DNA from: Anthoceros angustus
Taxonomy: Eukaryota > Plantae > Anthocerotophyta
Assembly: GCA_010909165.1 (NCBI GenBank)
Contig: MU008168.1
Span: 1,178,001-1,242,000 of the forward strand
Length of the DNA stretch: 64,000 nucleotides
Reading direction: 5' to 3'
A program made the translations under genes and the position numbers. Under the pieces are notes generated by a model, which saw only the letters and a list, made by a program, of their open reading frames with translations, had not been told where the DNA came from and did not search any database. Within the stretch, counting starts at the first letter, position 1; each line of letters starts with the position of its first letter. This document shows positions 13,901-24,404 of the stretch, piece after piece.

Positions 13901-16900
13901 GGCTCTGAAAGACCTCACACTATCCAGCTTCTTCGTCACACGCGGATTGGGAGCTCTGCGGAAAACAGCAGCATCACCAAACTCCTGGTGTTCCACTCGC
14001 GGCAGTCGGAGGATGATGACATGGATCCCAACCTGACCGCCATCCTGGATGAGTGCAAGACTGTTGAGGAGGTGCAGATCCGGTTTGACAAGCCCTTTGG
14101 TCCGTCCAGCTTCACCAAGGCGTTTTTCAAGGGTTGCTGCAGAAAACCGCAGCATCAACAGGCTGGTGTTGGATGGCTGGGATGGGCTGGACGACGAGAT
14201 GTTTGAAGACCTGATTCAATCCCTGTCTACCAACACCAACACCACCTCAGGCTGGATCACATCTCCATCAAGGGCACCTCATGGGGGAAAAGCAACGTCT
14301 GGAGAAAGCGTTGGGAGCTGCGCGTGCAGCTGGGAGTTGGGTGCGGTGCAGCCGCAGCTGCGTTGCTCGCAGACTTGGAGTCCGAGTCGCCAGTGCTGCA
14401 AGAACTCCATCTGTGGATTTGTGGGAAGCTATTTCGATTGCCTTTGCCAGGAGGCCTACAGGAGTGTCAACACCGGGGCAGTGGCAGTGGTACGCCTGCG
14501 CCTGCTCACAGCTATCGGCAAATGCCGGTCGCTGAGGAAGATTCATCTGAATCCTCCGGGAGGATGGGCACTTACAGCGTGAGGAGGTAGAGGCGCTGGC
14601 GCTGCTATCAGGCTTGCAACACAACCTTGTGCTGGAGGAGCTGGGGCTGTTGGCTACGTGGGCTTTGGGACGGCACCCTGCCTGCAGGCATTGACTGGCG
14701 TCATGGAGAGATGCTATTTCTCATTGGACTTGCTGGGTCTGCAATATCTGGGATTGAGTGCAGAAGGACTGGGTGTCATCGCTGCAGCCCTTGGACGCAA
14801 CCGCAGCTCAGTGCTGTCCAGATTGTCTCTTTGTGGGAACGACATCAGGAATGCTGTCGGGGCGCAACATTTGGCCGACATCCTGAGGAATTCGATCGCC
14901 CTCCGCAATCTCTGGATGAGCAATATTGGCATGGATGAGGAAGGAGCCGTGCTGATTGCAGAGGCCCTGGCGAATACCACCACCTGAGCTTAAAATCGGA
15001 GATCCTGTGTTCATTGGTCCAATTCTCGAAGCTTTGGTGTGGCACACCCTGGCGGATCCTCCAGCTGCTGTTTCTGGCAATCACTCCATCACACGGCTTG
15101 TTCTTGAGTGCCCAGGAGGCCAGCAGGCCGTGGAGCCGGACTGGGAGAAGCCCTGGCTCAGGTGCTGCGCACCAACCGTGCTCTCACTGACCTCAGACTT
15201 GCCAGCTTCTTCGTCACACGCGGATTGGAAGCGCTACCTGAAAACAGCAGCATCACCCAACTCCAAGTAAGTCACACGCGGAATTCGGAGGATGATGACA
15301 TGGATCCTATGCTGATCACGATTCTTCAGGAGTGCAAGAATGTCCAGCAGCTGCAGCTTCAGTTTTATAAGCCCTTTGGTCCATCCAACTTCTCCAAGGC
15401 GTTTTTCCAAGGGTTGCGGGATAATCGTAGCATCAAGACGCTTGTGTTGGATGACTGCGAAGGATTGGATGACTACATGTTCCAGAACTTGATGCGGTCT
15501 CTGGGACGCAACTGCAACAACGTCCTGGAGAACATTTCCATCAAGAAAACAACCTGGGAAAGCGAAGGCAAAGGAATACAGATCCAGAATCTGCTCTCAA
15601 GGAACGTGCACAGAAGAAGCGCTGCTCCGCAGGGTAGGTGCCCCAAGCCAGTAGCTTGCTACCCTTGTCCTGATTTGTATCTACTGTCAGAACCCACTAA
15701 CTCAGATGTATACTGACCCCTTCTCACTTGTGCAGGTTCGGAAGGAGTGCCACCACCGGTCACGGCAACTGTGGCAACCTCTGGTGCCGCAGCAGGTAAT
15801 GAAACTTCGTGAATACAATGTGGATTTGATCCAACCACTTCCAAGCTGTTGTTGTTGTTGCAACTAGTTTGAATGCATGTACCGAATGCACCACTTGATG
15901 CTGCTGCTGGCAGACAGTCTGATGATTGACTGATTGGCTGTCTTTGTTTTCACCACAATTTCCAGTTGCTGTTCCTGAGGAGCTCAGTACCCTGCTTGCC
16001 GACCTCGACTCACCTTCGCCTACACTCAGTCGTCTTCCTCGTGTGGAAGCGTTTGGGCACTTGTTCGAGAGGGACGTGGAACATCCAAAGGTGGAACTTG
16101 AACTGCGCATGCGCCTTATGAAGGCTATCGGGAAATGCCCCACACTCAGATTCATAGATCTCGACCCTCTTGGGCGTCGAAATTACAGGGTGACGGTGGC
16201 AGAGGCGATGGCGCTGCTGGAAGGCCTGAGCTCGAATGCAATAGTGGAACGGCTGGACTTGAGTGGCTTCCTTGGTTTTGGAACAGGTGAAGTCTGCGCT
16301 GCAATCGCCGCTATCTTGCAATCCAGCCGCACCTTGCAATTTCTGAATATGGGATACACTGGCATGACTGTCGAAGGACTGGCTTGCATGCGACATAATC
16401 GCAGCACTGTGCTTCGCACCTTGTATCTTTCTGGAAACACGACTGTGGAGAAGGTGTTGGAGCTCAACACCTGGCTGATATCCTGACCAGCACTCCCGCT
16501 CTTCGCAACCTGGGGATGTGGGATACAGGGATGGATGAGGCGGGAGCATTGATGATAGGGGATGCTCTGGCTCAGAACACCACACTTGACTGGCTGAACA
16601 TAGGATTCAATCAAGCGTGGAGGCCAAAGCAGGCAGGGATGATGGCCACGCTGTTAGCTCGAGCATTCACCTACCAAATGTTGCTTTCGCTTCTGTTAAC
16701 GAGTCTGTCACACATCTCCAGCTGGAAGTATGGGGAGCAGGACAGCAGCCTGTCATCGCTGAGTTGGGAGAAGCTGTGGCCCGCATGCTGCGGTCGAACA
16801 TGACTTTAAGGCATCTCGATGTATGTAGCTGCTTTATAAGCCAGGGGTGTGAGGAGTGACAACAGCAGCGTTATCCGTGTGACAGTCCGACATGGTAGCT

Positions 16901-19900
16901 CTAGTGCTAAGGAGGACTAAGAGGATGATGCCAATCCTGCCAGACAGTGGAAAGTTTACAATTAGCTCAGAACAGTTTGGGACCTTTGGGATCATCCGAC
17001 CTCCCAAGACGTTTTCAAATCGTTGCAGGACAATCGTTACCTCAACAGGTTGGTGTTGGATGGCTGGAAAGGGTTGGACGACAATATGTTCCAAGACCTG
17101 TTGCGGGCTCTGCAAGTGAACACCAATTTGAAGAGTATATCGTTCGAGAACACTGTGTGGAAAAGTCAGGAAAAGGAGCTGCAGTGGATGAACTACTACG
17201 CCAAAACAGGGAATACCGGAAAGCTCTGGCAGGGGCTCCAACAATGCCAGTGAAATCATGTCGCCTCGTACTTTGTGGATTTCCATATGCAGGTGAGCCA
17301 CATGCTGAACCCAAAGTTTGTACATCCCAAATGGCGTAGTTTGCAGACTTCACTGCAGTTGTTTCTGTCTTCTCTACAGCTGTTTTCTTGTCTTAACGTT
17401 GTTTTCGTCTCCGAGTGTAATCGGTGGTAAATGTTGCTGTTTCAGGAAAACCACGATACGGAATACGTTGATGAGTATGCAAACACACGAAAACGATGTT
17501 GAGATGGAGGGTGAAACGATTTCGAAGCACATACCTCGAACCCTTGGGTTTGAGGTTGAGGTGATAAAAGATGGTCCAGCCTTGAGAATTACCGTTTGGG
17601 ATCTTGCAGGGCACCAGGAGTTTCATGCTCTTCACGATTTCGTCTTTCCTGCTGTGAATAACTCTTCTCTCTTGTTTGTCTATAACCCGTTCAAATTTGG
17701 TGGTAATTATTCAAGTGCGGAAATGAAGGATAGAAAGGATTTTCGAGATGAATTTATTTATTGGCTTAAATTTATTGCTTCCAACTCATGGTTAGCTCAA
17801 CAGGTGAAACCTTATGTTCATGTGGTGGTAACATTTAATGACAAGCTTGAAGGTAGGATGTCTTGAAATACGGAGGAAGTGTTGGTGATGAAGAAAAAGT
17901 TTATGGCTATTGTGGAAATATCCGATGATCCCACTTTCATCAATGGACAAAGTTGGAAAGATGTGTGTGAAGTACGCAGGCTTGTACAGGAAAAGCTACA
18001 ACAACGTATTAGCACATTGGCTCCAATTCCCAGCATTTGTGAGCAGCTCCGTGTACATGTACGGAAATGGGCTGAGAATGAACATGGTATGCCAATCATT
18101 TCTGTTGAAAAGTTTATCGAGTTGTTTTACTCCACGTGTAAGGTGGCAATAGGGCATCCACTCATCTCATCTTATAGAAGATTTCTTAGAGACTTCATGG
18201 ACAAAGAGGATAGCTGGAAAGTAGTAGCATCATATCTCAAGGATCTGTGGAGATCATATATTTCCAAATGTCACTTATGGTCATCAACCTCCGATGGTTA
18301 GGAATGGGCGTTTTGGTCAGCTGATTAGTATATTTGGTGAACGGACAATAGGCAAGATTGGCTTCAAGTTCAAAATGGGTTCATCAGCAAATATGGGTTG
18401 AGTAGCCTTCTAAAATGTCTTTGAACAAGGTAGGGCTTGATGAAACCATTGTGAGCGAGGAAAAATTCATCCAACTGATGTGTGAGTTGCACCTTTGCTA
18501 TGAAAGTGGAGATGTGGATGGAGAAACTCAATATTTTGTTCCAATAAGTATGTATAAAGAAGAAGATTTATTAGGAGTTGATCAACAGTTAGTATGGCCT
18601 TCACAGAGTCTGGATCATGATTATATCTTTATGGGTTTGCGTTTACAATGTGATGATCAAGATTGTACATTCCTCACACCAGGATTTTTTCCTAGGTTAC
18701 AGGTTGTAACTTTTCTCAAGTTGAACTATCTTTTGTTTTATGTCCTGAAACTTCTTCTTTTGTTTTATTATTATTAACTGTTAACTAGTCTCATTGTTCC
18801 TATATATTGTAGGTACTTTTATACACATATTGTTTGAAAAAAGTGGGTTGATGAGGAAAGACCAATTGATTCAGAATAAAATTGGAGCCTAATGTCCTTT
18901 TAATATCTGCAGAGGCAATGGATATCTTTGTGGAATTTAATGCCAAAGTGGGTTGTTACATAGATATATTGGCCCGATCTACTCAAGGCTATTTAGAGTC
19001 CATGTCATTTTGAGGAACATATTGTATCTCGATTCGGGCATTTTGTGTATGAGGGTTGTGCAGGGTCACTAGTTGAAGGTGTTCTTCGACATGAATGTGT
19101 GGCATCCCTCACTCTATGCGAATAGGAGACGAGTGTATCACACGAGCTAGTTGAAAAAAGCGGTATGCAAAGGATCGATGCTGCACACTACACGCAATCT
19201 TGGAAGTGTATTTGCGACAGCAACACCCCAGGCGACGCAATTATTTTAAAGGCCAACCGAGAGTATGCAACGGTGGTGGATGGTCATGTCATTTTGGGAC
19301 AAAGAGGACCACAAAGCCAAGCGAGTTCCAAGGTTTGAAGCTCTCAATTCTGGATAGTTTGTGTTGCACTAGGTGTCCTTCTTCTCACATGTAGTTTCTA
19401 AGTAGCTTTGCACAAGTAGGCCGTTTCTTGCATACTCTAATTATACCGGCAGATTGAAATCCAGAAGTTGCTTTGGTGGAACTCCTACACTATCCCGCAA
19501 GTAGGGAAGAAGAAGCCTATTGTTGGGAGTAGTTATCCTAACCATGGTGTGGAAGAAGGTAATCGAAGAGGTTTGGCAATGATTGTGAGTGGAAGAGGAT
19601 AGACTGGAGGATCTGAGACAGAGGGCGACTTGATTTTCTTTTCAACACATTGGCATGCTTTTATTAGTGGACAGGCGAGAGTGTCAAAGCACATATTAGG
19701 AAAGTTGCCGATCTCTACTAGCTAAGGACGATTGCTTTGTGTTGCATCAATGCTCATGGGGGATTGAAGAAAATGGCAGAGACTACATTGAAATTGGAAA
19801 ACCACCTCGGGAGAAGCTATATGTTTACGATGACATCGTGAAGCCCATTTGCGAATCCAAGTGGTTGAAAGACAAGCCTAAGGTGTTTCTGATCAATGCT

Positions 19901-20274
19901 TGTCGAGCCATCCAAAGTGGGAAAGCTAAGGACTCTGAAGTCGAGGGTAGCCAAATTGTGAGTGAGAGAGCCGGAGAAGATCTACGCCTGCCTTCTGAGA
20001 AGGATTGTCTCATCTTCTTCTCGACCAGTCATGGACAACAATCGTTTAGAGATGTCAACAATGGCTCAAACTTTATCATAGCTTTGATGGAAGCCATCAT
20101 TGAGGGGTCGGAAAAAAAGGATGATATGTTCAGCATTTTAACATCAGTGATTGCCAAGGTCACGGAGATGCCACGTTGGCTCCGAAATCAAGAAGGGTCT
20201 TATGAGAGGAGACCCAGTGTCCGGTGTTTTCCTCCACACTCACGAGAAAGCTTTGGTGGTGGCCTCGGCCTTAG
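4959..20274 (+). CDS. Giant LRR(8+1 domains)-ROC-COR-caspase-like protein, TORNADO1-related (copy A); frameshifted in this sequence
   Basis: ATG 4959 (MTDPSLPPG). RNI-like LRRs (LSLCGNDIGNAVGAQHLADILTN). Introns ~15,634-15,735 and 15,796-15,965. Walker A GFPYAG|KTT split by an intron at ~17,293-17,446, RTLGFEV, WDLAGHQEFHALHD, VVVTFND. COR-region GLRLQCDDQDCTFLTPGFFPRLQV resembles TRN1. C-terminal KPKVFLINACRA protease domain. Confidence 0.85.
5000..15633 (+). repeat. Coding tandem array of eight ~1.3-1.35-kb LRR-domain units
   Basis: Marker MDP(M/I/N)LT.ILDEC recurs at ~6020, 7370, 8695, 9985, 11270, 12565, 14025 and 15300. Unit-start motif L(R/A)ALLADLES recurs with the same period. Confidence 0.93.
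19560..20274 (+). other. Caspase-like (clan CD, C14) catalytic domain of copy A gene
   Basis: A/B consensus: RRGLAMIVS..DCFVCCINAHGG (His codon 19,755-57)..KPKVFLINACRA (Cys codon 19,901-03)..DCLIFFSTSHGQQSFRDVNNGSNFIIALMEAI..QCPVFSSTLTRKLWWWPRP*. Confidence 0.85.
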
Positions 20275-20459
20275 GTGCAAGGAAGCAGCCCGGCAAAAGT
20301 TGGATTGAGCATGAGCAGAAGGTTCACACATTTCGAGTTGCAGACCAAGAGCATCAGGAAGCACCATTGCTATATGCATTGCTGGAAGACCTAACCACTA
20401 AGCTAAAGGAGGCTGGGTATGTAGACTTCGAGGAAAGCTGGCATGGAGAGCTGAATTGA
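20275..20459 (+). pseudogene. Orphan PPR E2/E+ tail fragment directly after the caspase stop (copy A)
   Basis: ARKQPGKSWIEHEQKVHTFRVADQEHQEAPLLYALLEDLTTKLKEAGYV matches the PPR PG-box/E+ consensus K.PG.SWIE...VH.F...D..H....IY..L..L...MK..GY. Confidence 0.75.
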
Positions 20460-20539
20460 ACACAAGGCAGATGTCGTAAGTAGTAACCTTCATTTATCAG
20501 CAATTAAGCTTAGTACATTCAAAGAGTGATTTCTTCTGG

Positions 20540-22944
20540 CTACAGTTGCTGTTTCCTAAGGTCCTTCTGCAATGCATTCTGCTCACTCCAGTGACGGAAA
20601 GCTTCCCTTACAGGATTGAGCTCTGCATCCTCTATCTGAGCCTGAGAGGTGACATTGTCTATCCAGAAAGACCACACCGGAGTAGTGTGGTCCAACAGGG
20701 GGCCACACTCAGGAGCACCACATTGTGCAAAAATGTTTGCATAATGCTCTTCACCTCGCTGGATGGTTCTAACCTTGAATGTTTAGCATCATTCATGGTT
20801 GCCATCAAGTTCTGGGCATATGAGCTGGGCTGCCGAAAATTGTGGAAGTCGTTGTCTACAAGGACCAAGCCTTCTGACGGTGCAAGTGGCAGGATTATGC
20901 GGGAGTGTCGAGCCAGTGACAGAGGTATCACGTCAGGGGAAGCACTCCCATAACACAGCCACAGCTGTTCCCACCATCTTTCTGATCTGAAAGCAAATCA
21001 GCCAACAGACAACTCTTGACACTCCAGCAAGCAGTACAACCACCAAATGCACACCAGTGCCAGAACAGACAGAACCCGACATCATACAAAATCGTGTGTA
21101 CCTGATGAAGCATAAAGGACTCGCCAGTGATGGACAATCTCAGGAGACGGACATTTCCGCAAATCTCAATCTGAGAACTACAGGAGCAGGAGATGATGTG
21201 CCGAAAATGTGCAGTCCTGATTTTGTCTTTGCTGTCAGGCTCAAACAACCACCTTGCCCTTGCTGTAGATTCATCATCTTCTGCCCCATCTGGAACCTGG
21301 CTTTCTTCATCCAAAGATGATTGGTCATCTTCCGGAATGCTCACACCACTGTCACAATCATCCAGCACCTCCGGGACAACCGCCGATTCATCTTCGGAAG
21401 ACCGACTACCCCTGCGGTTAAAGTAGGCAGGCTTGTTCACGTCTTTGTACTTGCTCCGAGCGGTGTAATTATGGAAAGGATGCCTTCCTGCCAATTGACA
21501 ACAGCCAATGTCACGGGTACTGCTACACGTCCTCCTAACCAAGCTTTCGGTGCCTCAATTGGCTGACAACCTGAAATGCTGATAATATGTTGTTCAGCTC
21601 TGTCACTCGATCTTCACTTGCTGCCATTGAACCAGAGTGATTGATGTCAAGCACAGCCGGTGGTAGTAGATACTCGTATGTGCGGGTAAAACACATCTTT
21701 CTTGAATCGAAGGACCTGCAGAACCAGGATGGTCAGTGCCGAAAACGGCAGTTATGACTGAAACATTCCACACATTGAGCTTAAGTCGAGTCAGACCTGG
21801 GCACTGGGACAACAGAAAACACTTTTATGCTTGCAGGTAAGTGAGCATTGATACTTTCCGCCAATGCAAGCCCGTCCCTGTCATGGACCCATTCTGCTTC
21901 TGGGACTTCCATCTTCATAGAAATGACTGTGCTTATGGAGTGCACCTGAGCTGAACGTAGAAACACAATTAGAACCTTTTGATCTGCGTCACATTCTACC
22001 AACCCAATCACAATGACGGGCAGCTGAAGAGCAACCTCCTCAAATCTAGCAATTTGAGGTGCAGTTACACTAGGACCTTCCAGTCGTGCTAACGACTGGT
22101 AACATATAGTGCATCAGACTTTGACACATACAGAATCTCGTAGGGCACGACGGTTACCCCTTTATCAGTTCGGCTGCTGCGTGCCCATCCAAGTCTGTGA
22201 AGATTCCCAAAGTTACTAGCAAGCATTCCATGAGCCGCCAATATGGCTTTCTCCAGCTCTGCTTCAACGGCTGCAAGAATACAGACCGGAGAAAGCATAA
22301 TACTAGCAGCAGCTCAGCCATTGTAGCTTGGACAGAAGCTACTTACTGGGGACTCCTGTAGACCCTTGCAACTGCAGTCCTGCAAAAACCCGAGTGACTT
22401 CAGGACAACCGCATACTTTCCTCTCAAGCATGATAACCAAATGTCGATCATTTGCTAATCTATTTGGGCTGATCCTTCTACCAACCTTTGTACTCGGTTC
22501 CAACATAGCCAACCCAGAAGCAAACCTTCTTCTTCACCCTCCCATCACCAGGAGCAGTAGCAGACGGTTCCAGCAGCCCGTCACTTCCCTCACCACAGGG
22601 CAAAGCTCAACTGAAGTTCTTTCTGCCATCCTCCATGAAGTCCTCCTACAAGAGTGACCTGATCCACCCTTAGTCTCCAACAGTCCCAGAAATTTTCCTC
22701 TGGTGAATGCTCGAGAGCTTACTTTTCCTGCATACATGACAGCAAGACAGATGATCACCACATTCCGCTTCTATGACCCAACAGGATGCACACCCACGAC
22801 ATAAGAAGGACAACATGATAGGATGTACGCCATCACTCACTCACTTGAGTCACATTGCCCGTGTCCCTTGGCCAGAGTCTGGAAAGAGGGCGGCACCAGG
22901 GTGCAGAGCTTGCAGCTGCTCCACCACACTGCGCTGCTACGCAT
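20540..22944 (-). CDS. tRNA pseudouridine synthase (TruA/PUS1 family), copy 2, full length
   Basis: Same 5' exons as copy 1 (ATG 22,944) plus [41 protein letters not shown] and C-terminus ..DLRKQQL* (stop 20,540-42). A few 1-bp indels. Confidence 0.88.
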
Positions 22945-23684
22945 GGCACCCGAATGCTTCAAAATTTTGCCTCACAGCACACAGTGTGCCAAATACAGTC
23001 TTGTCTCAAGTCCTGTTAGGCAGGACGGCGGATTTCCTCTACATACATGTATTCGGTATCATAAATCTCACACTGATAATATAAAATGGAATCAAATCGA
23101 TGCTTAGTGTTTTCTGCTCGCTGTTTTCGCTTGGTGTTCTCCATATTAGGAGTTGTTTGGAGAAGAACCTTAAGCATTTTGCGCTTCGATCGGTGTAATT
23201 TAGGTATGCCATGATATAAGTTGTTAAGTACTAAGTTCTATGTCAAGAAATTTATCCAAGAGGACTACAATGGACTTTTTCTTCTAATTCACTTCAGAAG
23301 AAGTTAGAAGCATAGGTAATAGAGAGAATTTAAATGTAAGGTTGAGATTGAGCTAATTATTATCTAGCATGTAAAATCGGCGTTTATTTAATACCATATA
23401 GGTAGTGGAGAGCTATTGATTTGGAAAGCCTTACATCTATGACACCATATAACTAGAGAAAGTTATTGATTCAAAACCCGGATGTAAGGAACAATTATGC
23501 AATAAAGAAAGTTGTTGGTACGATTTAAAAATCTGGATACAATGTCAAGTTGACTATTTCTCGATTGCACACCACACAAATAAAACTATTAATATATTAT
23601 TTTATAAAATGATAAAGTTGTGAATCCTCTTCTCTCAAGCATGGAGCTCCCTAGCCTAATGGAAAGCATCTTACTTCTAATAAA

Positions 23685-24404
23685 GGGATTGCGGGTTCGA
23701 ATCTCAGCGTTAGGGATTGCGAGTTTGAATCCCGCTGAGAGAAATCTAGTAACTTGTTGCATTGCATCATTTGAGTTCCTGCCAAGAAACATGAAAATAT
23801 GGGTTCCTATGATCTGAGGATCATCCCGCCGAGAGTACTCTGGCAACTTGTTTCATTGCATCGTCTAGCAACTTGTTCCATTGCATCGTTTGAGTTCGTG
23901 CAGGAAACATGAGTTCATGGAGGAAACTTCAGATAGTAAACATGGGGCTCATCCCGCCAAGAGTACTCTGGCAACGTGTTCCATGGGCAAACTATGAGTT
24001 CATGGAGGAAACTTAAGATAGTAAACATGGGGCTCATCCCGCCAAGAGTACTCTGGCAACGTGTTCCATTGGCAAACATGAGTTCATGCAGGAAACTTCA
24101 GATAGTAAACATGGGGCTCATCCGCCGAGAGTACTCTGGCAACGTGCATCGTTTGAGTTCGTGCAGGAAACATGAGTTCATGGAGGAAACATGGGTTCCG
24201 CCGAGAGCTCATGGAGGAAACTTCAGATACTAAACATGGGGCTCATCCCGCTGAGAGTACGGAGGAAACATGGGTTGCCGCCGAGAACTCATGGAGGAAA
24301 CTTCAGATAGTAAACATGGGGCTCACCCGCCGAGAGTACTCTGGCAACGTGTTCCATTGCATCGTTTCAGTTCGTGTAGGAAACATGAGTTCATGGAGGA
24401 AACT
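23685..24404. repeat. Degenerate ~100-bp tandem satellite, copy R2
   Basis: Near-identical to 1,895-2,618. Confidence 0.9.

Noticed and set aside
5038-15270. Many alternative-frame and antisense ORFs across the LRR arrays (also 26.7-33.3 kb)
   Set aside because: These are shadows of a GC-rich coding repeat. The plus-strand ones switch into and out of the LRR frame at indels.
19560-20274. Calling the protease a metacaspase, or animal/bacterial contamination
   Set aside because: It lacks D(A/S)CHSG and has KPK..ACR and SFR motifs. It sits in a GT-AG spliced TRN1-like gene among typical plant genes, in two diverged copies.
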